Source: Podospora anserina (lineage: Eukaryota). From it: 64,000 bases of DNA. The stretch covers positions 6,882,001-6,946,000 of the forward strand of contig CM030332.1 in assembly GCA_017654855.1 (NCBI GenBank). Direction: 5' to 3'. The position numbers were made by a program, and so were the translations under genes. The stretch's first letter is position 1. Every line of letters begins with the position of its first letter. The notes below the pieces were generated by a model that saw only the letters and a list, made by a program, of their open reading frames with translations, had not been told where the DNA came from and made no database searches. Shown here in pieces: positions 36,065 to 49,686 of the stretch.

Positions 36065-38693
36065 GGATGATGTGTGAAGGTTGAGAGGGGCGTTGGATAG
36101 GGGCAATGTGGGATGTATAGGGGGTTGGTGGTGTTGGTTACTGTGGCCTGGGTTTCTGGGTGATGATGGACGGACGGGTGGGCGGGCTGTGTGTATAGCT
36201 GTCGATGGTTGTTGTTGTTTTTTCTCGTTTTCGCTTACCTCACTACGTAATCATGGGATATGGAGTATTCAAGCTGGCATTCGGTCGTTTTTTTTATGTC
36301 GTGTATGGTGTGTGCACACTTTGGACTGGGATTCGGTTTTTTGGTGATGATGGTGAGATCTTTTTACGAGCCTTGTTTCTTTCTGTCATTGTTCGGCAGG
36401 CTCTGCTGAATATTGAAGACGGGCGGGAGTTTACCTACCTACCTTATCTAGTTGTTCACCCTGGGTACCAAGAGAAAGGATTAAACTGCTTAACCAAGGT
36501 GACCGACGTTTCTGTGAGTGCCCCCTGATGTTGTTGTGACATGTGTCTGTGTGTGTGGACAGAAGGCCTTGAGAGCCGCTGGGCTGAGCTGAGACAGATG
36601 CCCTTTGAAGGTTTCTTAGTGAGACTGGTTTCCATTCCAAATCGATACCAGTAAAGTAAAAATAAGAAAGTGAATAGACAATTTAAAATTGTTTGATACT
36701 CAAATGCCCTCATGGCTACCTACGGTATGTTCAGTCCTCAAAGAGTCAGACCTTGATCTTTGACGATCACCAACTCCGGCGAGAAGGAAAGTATAATCTC
36801 TCACCACAGGCTAGTCTATATGGGCCTCATCATGTATCCTCCAGACCCTTTTGTCTTTTGTTTTTTCCTTTTTCTTTTTTTTCCTTTTTTTCTTTTTCTT
36901 TTTCCTTTTCTTTTTTTTTTTTTTTGAATGAATATTGTTAAATGTCAGCATTTACCCATCACCAATAATACTTTTTTTTCCTTTTCTCACTAGGCTTCTT
37001 GGTGAGTCATGACAGAAGCAGTTGTTGTGTTGCTCTAAATGAGATACTACGTGGGCATCATGAACCTCTTTCAGTATATCACACCAAGGCAGAATCAATG
37101 CACATTACATAGCACTAATCACTTTGAACGACGGCAGTTACGTGTTCTTGATTATCAGTTGGAAGGTAGCCGTCAATCTTGAGGAGTAAATTTAAACATT
37201 GCGGTCACTACTTCGCTTTCTGCTTCACAAACTATAACTATTGAGCAGTGTGTAGCTACCTCACGGTTCACGATATTGACCCGGGTCTTGCTGTTCTCCA
37301 AGGTGCTAGTTAAGATCATCCCCTTGAAGGGCGAGCACAATCTCAGACGACGCAGGGTGGAGGCAGTGTTTTAAAAGCGGTTTTGGGTCAGGTAATGTTT
37401 GAGGAGAATGTTTGTCTGTAGCTGAGGGGGCTGAAAAGGGGGGAGGTGGTTGCCATCCGGCCAGACTATTGTCAAGTTTCAACATTGGCAAGGCAAGGGG
37501 AGGCTATTGTTGCCTCTTGAGTCTACCTTACCTATGGTCTCTCATCGCCCTGCTCTCTCGGGCAGTGGGATGAGTTGGAGGGGTAAGCCCCTGGGCTTGG
37601 TAGGGACTCCTGAGGTTGAGAACAGGCCCCCCACGCTTGAGGAGGGCTCTCCCACACACACGCCGGCGAGGGACATGTCTCGTGCTACCAACTTGGTTTT
37701 GTGAGCGAATGTGCTGTTCTATTTAGGTTATGCCCGGAAACACCGGGCGCTTGGAGATTTGCTTTGGCTTCCTGTGTGTGCTTTGTTGGAAATTGTGTAC
37801 GCCGCATGGTTTGGTGGAAAGGGGGGGGGGTTTGTGTGACGGGATGACAAATCTAGAGCAATGGGAGGTTTGGGATTGAGATGGTAGGAAAGATGGGATG
37901 TTTAGGCAAACATAGAGGTTACGTATGGCCCCCTCCGGTGGTCGTGGTTGTTGGGTGTGGTTGTGTGTGTCATACACAGTAATGGTGATGGTGATGGTCT
38001 GTGAAAACTGACCTTGTGAAATTCAACTCGAGTCCTAAATCTCTAGAATAGGCTTTCTGGGAAACTAAATTCTATTGAGAGAGTGTAGACTAGCGTCGGG
38101 CCACTAGTTTTGATGTCGCGTGTTGACGTCGTTACGGCGAGGAGGGCAGAACTTTGCAAACTGGGCCAAGTGATCATCATTGAATGCCATCATGGAATTA
38201 TCTAGATACCACTTTGAAACCCAACAGGAAAACAGGCACACTACTATCGTCATTCATACTATACACCGCTCTCATATCACCAGTGATACCTATATTGAGA
38301 CATATTCTCTGATAGATGCATACCTACATATCATCTTCCCCAACCCTCCCTAACAAACAACTCCATCCTCATCTCCCCCCTCGGCGCTACCCCCTCTCCA
38401 TCGGGGCTAACAAGAGCCCCTTACCTTAATACCCATGAACCTTATTATAGCCTCCTCATGATACAACCGCGTCACGCTGTACATCACCCGGCAGCACAAT
38501 ACTCACCATCTCTATCCAACAAACACACATCCAAGGCAACATGAAGCAGCACCAGCCCTACAAAGGCAGGAGACAAAGCACAAAGGAGGCGGCGTAGAAA
38601 AACGCCTGAATGACACCGCATGTACCTACACGACTACTACCCCATACCGACTCACCGCATTCCCTTCCCGCTTTCCCACAAATCCTCCCGTGG

Positions 38694-38725
38694 GAGAGAG
38701 AGAGAGAGAGAGTGTGTGTGTGTGT
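38694..38725. repeat. Compound (GA)n(GT)n microsatellite
   Basis: Read directly from the sequence. Confidence 0.9.
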
Positions 38726-39753
38726 GCTCGGCATTTCGCTTCCAGAAGGAAAATTGACCACCACCACCCCTTAAGTCTGGCGAGGAGGTTTCCCGTCTCG
38801 CCTCTCAAGTTCACCTTGCAGCTCGCCTCCCTGGTACGCCTCACCCCCTTCTCCTCGGGTCCTTTCCGATGGCCGTTAACTTTCCTAACCGTTTGAGGAA
38901 TCCTTGCCGTGTGTTATCGAGATGAATAGGTGTATGGGCTGACCTGTTGAAGTATTTGGAAGCTACCTAAGCTCATGGAGATATCGGGGAATCTTTTGCC
39001 TCTGAATAATCACCATCACAATCCCTGAACATGAGAGAAAACACATAAACTGCATATCACACAACCAGGGAAGCCAGCCAGCTCGCCATGTGGTATTTCG
39101 ACGTTCCATCCCACCGTTGCCTCTCCCCCGTCAACCCAGAAAGCAGATACCTATACTGCTGTCAAGAACACAGAAAAACTTACTGGTACCTGTCAGGGCC
39201 CAACCCAAGCCCGGCCGGCCGGCCACCCGATCCAAGTCTGCAACTTACAGCCACCCACCCCCCCCCCCCCTGGTCAAGAAAAAGGGTCGGATTTCTATCC
39301 GGCCATGTTAATTCAGACCTCGTTGCTTCGAAAAAAAATTAGGCTTCTAGATTGTTTGAGAAACCACTGGTTCGCCACGTTTTTCTTTTGCTTGAAAGTG
39401 GCGTGTTGTGTTTATAATAGCGATCTCCCTGCATGATAGCAGATGCTATCAGATAGGTTAGTGACCAGATACATGGAGGCTTCGCCTCAACACCGACAAG
39501 AAATCAAGGCCAAAAGTTCCGACTACAGCCGCGCGTCTGGGCCCGGGGGGGAGGGGGGGTGGTGGATAGATAGTTAAGTGGAGTTTTTGATCTCCATAAT
39601 GATATGATCTACCCTGCTGTCGGGACCGAAAGCTGTCTGTCGGTGTTGGCGGCGGCTGTGAAGATGGCTTGGTAGGGGCAGGTAGAAATCGCACTTGGGA
39701 AGGCTGCGGATGGAGGAGGGGCTTGCTAGCTCTATTCGATATCTAACTTGGTC

Positions 39754-39790
<37 letters not shown>

Positions 39791-39791
39791 G
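39754..39791. repeat. (TGT)12 microsatellite
   Basis: Read directly from the sequence. Confidence 0.95.
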
Positions 39792-39925
39792 ACGTCCAGT
39801 CTCAAGCGCGCTCGTACTCGTGATGCTTTGACAGCTAAGAGCTCCAGCAAACCACTCTCCCACAGCTTCGTGGCGGCGGCACATTGCAAGAAGCTTGTCT
39901 GGCCTCCCTCCCGCATGCCCTTTCT

Positions 39926-39930
<5 letters not shown>

Positions 39931-39984
<54 letters not shown>
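39931..39984. repeat. (CT)27 microsatellite
   Basis: Read directly from the sequence. Confidence 0.95.
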
Positions 39985-39985
<1 letters not shown>

Positions 39986-42900
39986 ACCAAATCCCCTTCC
40001 CCTTCACAGTGATGTTAGTGGTAGTCGTCGTCGTCGTCGGCGACCTACTCCAGGAGAAGGAAGAGGCACAGCTCCTTTCCATCGGGAAGGATCCATCCCC
40101 TTACCTTAACCCCCTACACCACCCAATCTCGAAACAACCGCGCCAAAAAAGCAACACCACGACGCACGTCTCCTCCTCCTCCCACGGCGTTCATCTCGGC
40201 AGCATTTCAAGCCTCCCAATGCAAGGAGTTGCAGTTGCATCATGACAAGTTATCTGCGGCGCGTGTTATTTTCCTCGCTGTCGACATCATCGACATCCCT
40301 TGTTAGAGTTTCACCCAAGCATAACATGGGCAGCAAGCGGACAGCTTCGTAAAGCCTTCTGTTCCGGTTGGTCCGGCTGGCTGGTGGAATCATGGGGAAA
40401 AGGGGGGGCGGTGGTGGAACTGCATTACAGTAGACACTAAAATCAAGGAAGTTGAGTCGTGTACCGTGTTATTTTTTGCTTGTTGGCAGTGACAAAACTG
40501 AGTGAGTGGATGGGTTGTGGGTATCGAGCTGCGCAAATCCCTTACCCACACCCCGTCGTTTAGAAAATGTTCTGCTTGACGGGATATAAACCACAACGAT
40601 GTGGTTACTCAGCGGTGGAAATTGTTCTGCCACCGAGATTGTTGACAGGTCCTCCGGGGCGGGTTGAAAGGCCCTTTCGCAACCCCTCAGGGCCTGGAAT
40701 GTCCAGTAATAGTCAGCCACTCTCCCGCCCGAGACACAACCATCAAGGTACCCTACTCCTAACCCTTCCTCCTCCGGCCGCCGCTGCTCCCCACGATGAC
40801 AAGGTTCCCCGATTTGTTCACCGGTAAGGAAGCCTTGGCTCTGCGCTCCCTATCCGTCCGGTAGGATCAAAGAACTTTGACAACAACGGACAATGGTGCG
40901 CTCCTTCCCCCCACAGTCTCTATGCAGGGGGGGACTTCATGAAGGACGGGGTCGTAGTCAGTGGCACAGAGCGTCTTCGGGCTGGCGAATGAAGGGAGAC
41001 GACTTCGTATGTAGGTGCTTTGATAGTTTCCATGTGGTAAGGTAGGAAATAGATAGAGTTAGGGAGACAGGGGAGCCCGAGCTGGCTGGCGTGTACCGGA
41101 GCCATCTCCGACAAAACACCAGCCTGTAGAACTGCCCCCCCTTTCCCCTTCTTCCGTGACGCCCGCTCTTTCTTCCCCGGTCGAGATGAGGTACCTATAA
41201 ACGTCGGGAAAACGGGCGTGGATGCCGGGTTCCATGCGTCTAGAGGAGCATGAGATACTGACAGATGGCTTGGATATTCCGTCCTTGCAGCAAACTTGGC
41301 TACTGCTGTACTCCGTACTGGGCCACTGGCGAGCGGAGCATATCTTCCTAGAAGAGAGCGTGCTATCATCAGGGTCACCGCTCGGACGCCCTGGGTATCA
41401 AGGTCGGATGCGATGTGATGTGATGATATCCCTTCCGTCTGTTCCGTCCGACTTCCACAACTATAGCAACAGAAGAATTTCGAGCTTCTGGAAGACGTCC
41501 CACGCCGCCTCCCCTTCATGTTTCGCATCTTCGACCGCTAAAACGCTTGTCTTGGTCGGTACCAAATAAACCAGGCGCATATTTGCGAATCCTTCAGCGC
41601 CACCATCACATCAAGGTCATTATGTCAGCAGCGGTTACAGTTCTGACGCCAGGCGCTCTGCTTCTAGAAAGACGCAATATCCAGATGGGCCAGGGATATA
41701 TCAAGTAATGACGAACGACTATACACTTCAAGAAGTCACCCAGTGCCACCTTGTAGCTTCCGTGGGTAGTCTAGTCAGGTCCAGAGGCAGGGAAAACTGA
41801 GGGCGATAGGCGAAATGATGCAGAGGCTTCATCGTCTAACCAAATCTTACAAGTGTAATAACAACTGTATCACTGAAGAAGCCGGGGCGGTCATGATGGC
41901 AACATTGGCTTCAGGGATGGGACCTTCGTGCAAGTCCGAGCGAAACAGGCAGCGCCGTGTCGTTATGGCGGTTGAACGCCACAGCGTGTCTTCCGGCCGC
42001 CGAGTGATGGGGCTGATGCACAATGAGCCGGCTCGAGCCACACCCGAAACAGAGCCATATTGCCTGATAGGGCTGATGGTGGCCTTGTGAGTTTTTTGGT
42101 TGCAGACCCTGACAAACTGCTGGTGAACGACCGAAGGCTGGCACCATCGGCTTTCTGGATTTGGAAGCCGGCGAAGGTGCACCAAGAGCCAGTGGTTGGT
42201 TGCTTGCAAAGCCTCGGGTATCGATTTCCAATCGCTGATGGATGAGTGTCATCGCGTGGAGACCTCGGACTTTGGGTCGCTTTCGAAAAGAGTTGCAGTT
42301 ACTAGTCGGATACGGTAGAGCTCAAGCTTCGTTGGGCCATATGGGCGAATATCGTGATTTGAGAATGTATAGTTTCCAACTGCAACTAAGGTTCCAACGC
42401 CAGGCCCCGAAAAGGCAGCTCGATGGCATGGCCGACTAGCTGTGCCTCTCTGGCGGTGTCCGGGTTTCGGATTAGCAAAGATTCCCCATGTTGGGTCAGG
42501 GTCAGATGGCTGAGAAACCTCGACCAGGTTAGAGGACGGATGGCTTTTTGAAGAAACAGTCGGAAAACGTACCGGATATAATTAATGATCACCTACTCCA
42601 CACACGTGTCATCCCAGGTGATTCCTCATGCTCGCGAGTGTGGCGTTTGACACTCTGGCCCAACAGTGGGTGGGTTGGTTCATTCATAGCGAGTGGTTAT
42701 TGTACGGCCAACAACAGTTATTGTGAACCCATTTGGCATCTGTTGTGGAGCGCGCGGAACTGGGTAAGCCGGTGGCACGTTGTGTGTGTTTGCGAGGTTC
42801 GAATCGGACCGGTGTAACTGTCGTTCTCACCGTTTCTCGGTCCAACACTTTGCTGCCGGCCGCCGTTTGTCCGAATTGGTTGTCACAAGCCACACGCAGT

Positions 42901-45900
42901 GGTTCCAGCCTTGAAGAAACGCCCTTTCAGCCACTGACGCACAAGCCCGCCCTACAGGGCTGATGGATCAACTCGTTCGTTCATTGAACTTCTGACCTCG
43001 ATGTGCAGGAACATCAGACCGCGCAGCTGATGCAAGACTGTACCTGTTATTTGACTCGCTGACTGCATGCTGACCCAAAATGACTCCGTAGCAGATAAGC
43101 ACTATCGCCTTCTCACCGCCCTTATCACATGGACGTTGGGCTGGAGTACTTGTGAACCTCAGCTTGAGCATAGGATGATCAGCCCAGGTGGAATATCACT
43201 GAGGCAGCGCCCCTGTTATGTGAGATGATCATTCGGGTAAATAGATTGCCTGGCGTATTCAAATCCACTGTAGGCGCTCTGCAAGCAAACTGCCGCAAAC
43301 ATAAAGAGTCGGTGAAGCTGACAGGGTGAACGCTACACTCACAAGTGGAAAAAAAGCCCTCAGTGGATAGACTGCATACCCAGTCACATAGATCGCGGGG
43401 TGCTTCTGAACAAACGATCCTGGATGTACGAGCAATCGCGGTGGATGCGGGGATGAAGTTGTAATGACAGACACCTGCTGACTGCCCACCCGTCTCTCCA
43501 ACGGCACGAGTGAGGCACCGGGTGGTTGGTAGTGATGAGGAGAACCAAGGGCATATGCCATGAGTTTTGCTGTGCCCTTGAGGTCCAACGACGGAACCCA
43601 CGGCGTGCGATTTCAGCGTTCCTGTCATGTGGTTGTAATAGGGCTTCTGTTGTGATACCTGTTGGAACATCTAAAGCGGGGTGTTGAGGACTGTCCTATT
43701 TATCGCGACATAGCCATGCCAGGACGGCACCCCGCTTTAAGTGTGTTCCAACGACTGACTGTTAGCTGCGTGGGCGGCGCCTTGCCCGTTGCTGTTGGTA
43801 CTGTTGGTGTAACCAGTGCCTGTATGCCAGTCCTCAACACGAAAATCCTCGATCGCTGGCAGCACGGCTGACCCGAATGTTGGCCAATCCAATCGGAAGA
43901 TTTGGGTTCAAAGTGCATATCCCGACAGCCACTTCGGCCCCCAGGCACCTGTTGTCACTTTTGATGGTTGGGACTTTAACATCTCACGCCCCCGCAAAAC
44001 TGGTATGGAAATGCTGCAGATGGGTGATGTTTGGGTGATCTTCGGGAAGGACAACACCACCCACCATTTCGATAGTCCTTATGGCTACACTACCGGCGCC
44101 GGAGATAGACCACGTTTGATTCGAGCGTCGGCCTCGGGAACTGCATTCATATGCGCAGACGGCGGCTAGAAGTGTGACTTCGGTTTCTGTGGCTGACAGG
44201 AGTCACCGTGATTGGGAATGCTAGCCGCCAGAATGCAGCCAAATCTGCCACTTCACGGTTGAGTACACCCCCATGTGGGTTGCTGAGGTCTGTGAAAGAT
44301 AGCTCGATAACTGAACCGGGCTGACATGTCTATCTATGGGTGTGTTGGGTAGGCTGTGAAATGGTAGGCACCTGAATGTCTGTACTTCACATTGAGATTC
44401 TGGTTGTTGGTTTCTCTTCGCGCTCTTCAGGGTCTAGACAAGCTTCTAATGTCGTTGAAACGGCTGCGCCATCACGATCCCGAAATTTGAGTTCTTACGC
44501 AGCGTAACTGGGAGCTAGATGGGCGCGAGCCGCGATCAAAGTCCGATTTCGAGAGATCGGTTTCCGATACGGGGCAATAACAGGCGATGAAGTTGGGGAC
44601 TAGCCCAGGCAACAGAATAAAATGTGGCTAAACTTAACGGCCGTGTCGATTGCGCGGGGGTTCCTGGTCTCCAGAACAATGCTGCCCCTCACTCCAGGCT
44701 TAGCATCTGCAGGTGAAGAGGGGGTGGTGTTGTCGAATCAGATACCGAGACTGGAATACCTTCTTCAATGCAATGGGATGTTCCAAAAAGGCATCTTGCA
44801 TGCAGATATCGAGGATATCAGCATGTACTTAAAGGGGGGACACTAGCTTGGCCACTCAGGCTACAGTATGTATGGCTGGCATGATTGGGATGTATGTAAA
44901 AGTCTAATGCCAACATCCAGAGGACGGACCCCAAAGATCTCGGGCACCTTCACGGCTTCACGCTAGAACTTGTCTGGAGTCAATCCCGTTGTGGATGATG
45001 CTTAACTTGTGTGGGCAGGCAAGCTTGGCACGGACTTGCGAGAGTATGTATAAGTGGATCTCGGCGGCACAGGGCTGGAACACTAACTTTGGTCCTTGGG
45101 TCTGTCTCATCATCTCATGGCTTGGGTTGTTATTCAAAAGTTGATTGAGACGGAAGTAGTCATGAAATAGGAGACCAGACCTATGCATTCTTGGCATGAT
45201 TCGGCAACCAGGTATGCTGTCAGACTGAATTATAGACCGACTGCACTTGCATCTCCTGGGACAGGGCATACTGCACTGTCAGCTTGATTTCGATTGGTTT
45301 GCCCACTTACGAGAGTCTTGGAGCAGACTATTGGACTCCATTCTTTTCCCGAGTTTGGCAGGTGAGTGCACTAGTGTAGATGTAGACCGAGCTGGGTTTC
45401 TTCGTATTCTCTCTCCCTGGCCACAAAAAATCCGAAGACACTATACAATTAGCAGCCTTTCATACACACCATTCTCACTCAAAGACAACCATACAATTCT
45501 ACCAAAATTCTTATATGTTTCAAAAGTACTAAAACAGTAGTGTTTAAAAGATGAGAGGATTTGATGAAGTGGTGGTTGAGAAAACTACGTTTTAATATAG
45601 ACGTGGTTGTGTAAGTGACGGTGATTTAGGTTATTCCACCAAAGACGAGCGCCGCTGGAAAGAAGTGGGGTCTCCCGAGAACTATCGCCGTGCGCGTCGT
45701 TGTGATCGCCGAAGTGTCCGGGGCTCCGGCCGCCCGGCTTTTTGTTTCAATATCAAATACCCTTTCGGCGGTCGCGAGAACGTCAAACACTCTCCTTCCC
45801 TCATCTAAGTAAACAAGCGCCGCGCATGAGCAGTGTTTGGAACAGCTGTGCCAGCGCCGCAAGGGCTCACGGGCTTCGAGAACAAATGGAAGACAATGCG

Positions 45901-48261
45901 GGAAGACTCGAGCCAGCGGCGGAGATGACATGTCTTGGCACAAAAGTCCGACGGGGGACTTTTGAGGTTGGATCGCTTGTCGTTCGCCGTGACAGCAGCA
46001 AGAAAGACCTTGAGAGTTGCACAGAGGCGCCTGTCGGGCGATGTTTGTAGGACACATTCTCCCAGATGTAACTGCAAGAGTATCATTTTAGGACCTCCAA
46101 TGCCCCGGAGCTGGAAAGCCTTGTGACAGTGGTGGCCTAAGCTGCGCCTACTGTCCAGTGCAACCCCTGCTGTGTCGGGACATGCGAGACAACCGCTCGT
46201 CAATCGTTTAATGTTCGCCGGTTTGCCGCGATGGATGGCCCGTGCACGCCCGTTTTGACCGGTATACGCTATGCACGATGGGGTTCTTCGAAACGGAATC
46301 AGCAACTTGACCCAGTGCGTCGGGACAGGGTTCAGGATCCTTCAACACGACTTCATCTCCTCTGCCGCACACTCGAGGTGCTCGCCCACACCAAAGAAAT
46401 CATTCCCCCGCTGACAGCTTGTTCACAAGTCTCCCCTCAGGATACGCCGGTCATGAGCCACCGGCAGGCATTTCTCTCGGAGACGACGAAAACATGTACC
46501 TATTGCAACTTCGCCTGAACCCTTCACATCGCTGCCACATCTTTCCACAGGTATTTTGTCCGTTTTTTTGTCCTCCCGGCGAGGACTTTGAGTCTTCTGC
46601 AGGAGTGGATCTTGCCAGACTCCCCATGTCTCTCAACGAGGCAATTTGACCCATTGGCTGTCCCCGCTGACAATACTGATCCTGCCCCGCTATATGAATA
46701 ACGTCGTCTCTGGGAGTTCTGCGACATCCCTTTCTCCTCGCTCGTCTGCCGTCATGCCCACCAAACCCTCCGAATTCTTCACCGTGGCGGTATTTGGGTC
46801 TGGCGCCGTGAAACGTCCAAGTCAAACCCGCACAAATCAACTCGAACAGACGCCAGCCGCGCATGGCGGGAACCGGCGTTTGCTTCTTTGGTCTGATTGA
46901 TTCCGCCAGACGCCGCAGACACACTCCCGGGACAACCTGTATGGGTCACCGTCACCTTGATCATAGGCATGTGGTCATTGTGCAGCATTGTCTTGGATAA
47001 GAGTGCAGTTGCACCACTCAGAGGAACATCTTCAACATCCCATGCCACCTCTCCCGCGACATTGCTGGGCAGTTCTGTCTGGGCACGGCACATACACCTT
47101 CTTTTCACCTAAGAGCATGCTGTTTCTCATAGCACCGCGCGGCACAGCTTCCCATAATCTTCTGCTGGCACCTGAACCGGGCATTCACGGACAGAGATGG
47201 AAACGCTGGAGCCTGGGGGCCATGACATGACCGTTTCACTTCTGCGCCACTTGATCGCTCAGTCCGTTCTCAGTCTCTTGTTTCCTCTCTCCCCTTCTTC
47301 TCTATGCTCGGCCATCTTCATTCCAAGTGGGAGGGAGATTCTGAACGAGGAGACTCTTTCCAATGTTTGGTCTTCAGGGGGAGGACGTACATCTTGACCA
47401 ACTGTCAAGCACACGGGCACGCTACCACCTGCGGAAGAGACCTTCCCCATACCTACACAGTTGTACGCAATGTTGTCATTGCCCCAGTAGGGTCGCTGAC
47501 TCGTCGACTTGACAAGCAGTCAATTCAGCATATTTCTCCAAGCTAGTCTCTTTTTGGTTGTCTCTTCCAGTGTAGGGCTTGTTTTCCCACACTCTTTTTA
47601 TGCATCTTGTTTGTATCGAGGTACTGTTCTAGATCCACACCACCACCCACACCCACACCCACCCTGTCTCCCGCCGTTCAGTGGCCCTTGCCAGAACCCC
47701 TTACCCCGACCCCTGGAGCGTGCCTCGCTCTCTCTGTCGTTCCCGGCCTTTCTCCCTGTCAGGCTTGTTGAACCCATGTATACCCGCAGCCCACTGGGGT
47801 GCGGATTCCTTGCCGGCCCAAACTCGTTCTGGGTGCTCGATGTATGGATACCTCAGGAGCAAGGTGCAACCGCCATGTACAGCAGTACCCCAAGCAGGGT
47901 ATGTGTGGGGATGGGTACTGCCTCTCTCCACGTTATAAGCCTAGCCTCCCCGGCCCCATGCTCCAAGACCTTTGAGGCTGAGGGCCATTGCCATCGAAAA
48001 AGCTTCAAGCTACCCCAAAGATAGATTGACAAGCTTTGTTCGAAATCTTGCTACCTGATCGCTTCACGGGCCAGAGACCCGACGCCAGACCTCACACGTT
48101 CAGTTGACATCCTCATATAAGTCGACGAGTGCCTTTTTGCCGTCAACTTTATAGCGGCAGATCCATACCATTACTGACAACGTAGGTGGTGTTCCACTCG
48201 AATTCCTTTTTGTTTTCTTAGTGTGTCGTCTTTTCCCCCCAGTCTCGTTTCTCCATACAAG

Positions 48262-49686
48262 ATGGACTCCTCCTATTCAGACCAAGACTTCGACAACACT
48301 TACTCACACAACGCCAGATCGAGAGCCGGTAGCGGGGTGTCTACAACAGAGGGGCTCTTTCAGAACTTGCAGCTTGCCGAGTCTCCGTCCCTGGAAACCG
48401 GTTCCTATACCAGCAGCAGCAGACCACCATCCTCGAGGGGCCTGGCCTCATCCGTATACTTAAGTCCGAGCCTGTCCCACCCGCCCACCTATCTTTCCAG
48501 CTCCATCTCTCCACATCAACAACACTTTGCACACCTACCCTCGGACACTGAGTGGTTCGAAGCGGAACACGCATCAGTCCACGGCACACCACTGTTACGA
48601 CTGGAACCTGCACCAGACCACGGGGAAACGCCTTCGACGTCATCGCCGCTGGCATCGATCGAGCCGGAAAGCATGAGGTACTACGCACGCCAGTTAGAGA
48701 GTTGGAGAAAGGATCGTGACTGACACCCATCCAGCGCCGTTGCCGTATCATACGATCCAGGATTCAGCATGGGAAGCAGATCTTCTTTCACTTGGCCAGG
48801 TGCGTCAGCCTCCCTATCATGCTGGACGGACAATGCATGCTCACCAGCAGCAACAGTATTGGACTCTGGAAGCGGTCTTTTGCCGCCTGGCATGAGCCAC
48901 CACTACGGATCAGAAGCCAGTTTATCACCGCCCAGCGGATCACGATCGATCACGGGCAGCCCGCCAAGAAACACACTCACGCCGGAACAGAGGGAACTAA
49001 AACGCCAACGAGACCAGGCCCGACACAGTTCGAAGATGCACGCTCGCGGGCGAAGGGCGGGAAGTGGCTCCGAATCAGTGTACTCACCTCCAGTAACGCT
49101 GGCCGACTTGACGACAGGCTCCTCCACGATGCCGATTTATACCACCGCGCCGTCTCAAATGTCGCTCATGGCCGAACCTACAACGTCACATTATTTGCCG
49201 CCCTTCTCGCCTCCCCTTCCAGATCAAAGCCAGACAAACATGTTCCCGAGTCCCTACCCGCCACAGTCGTACATGCCAGACTACGGCTACCAGCCATCTC
49301 CGGCCCCGAGTCTACCATCGCACTATGGGTATGTTTCCAACACGGGAAACAATCGGCCGGTTACTGACACCTTCCTCAGCAGCAGACCAGTCATGGGAGA
49401 CCCGAATCTTGGCATGTACTCAGTTCCACCAGTGATGGGCCCAGGACCTCAAGATACGAGCGGACAGGTACGAGTGGTACACAGCCGACCAAAGCCACAG
49501 TGTTGGGAGCACGGATGCAACGGTCGCCAGTTTTCTACCTTCAGCAACCTTCTCCGGCACCAGCGTGAAAAGTCAGGACAGGCCACGAAGGCGACGTGTC
49601 CCAACTGCGGCGCAGAATTCACACGAACCACGGCGAGAAATGGGCATTTGGCACACGACAAGTGCAAGAAGAAGAGCAGCAACTGA
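48262..49686 (+). CDS. C2H2-type zinc-finger transcription factor, ~438 aa; introns 48678-48734 and 49329-49379
   Basis: C-terminal fingers CWEHGCNGRQFSTFSNLLRHQRE and CPNCGAEFTRTTARNGHLAHDKC, a basic segment TPEQRELKRQRDQAR, and an S/P-rich body. Introns have CTGAC branch sites. The start codon is uncertain (see findings). Confidence 0.85.

Noticed and set aside
26587..36106. Long antisense ORFs at 26587-27348, 29866-30786 and 35201-36106
   Set aside because: They lie opposite AMD1, SLA1 and the TLC gene and have no independent coding evidence.
39732..40245. ORFs with poly-Q, ER and LS repeats
   Set aside because: These are translations of microsatellites.
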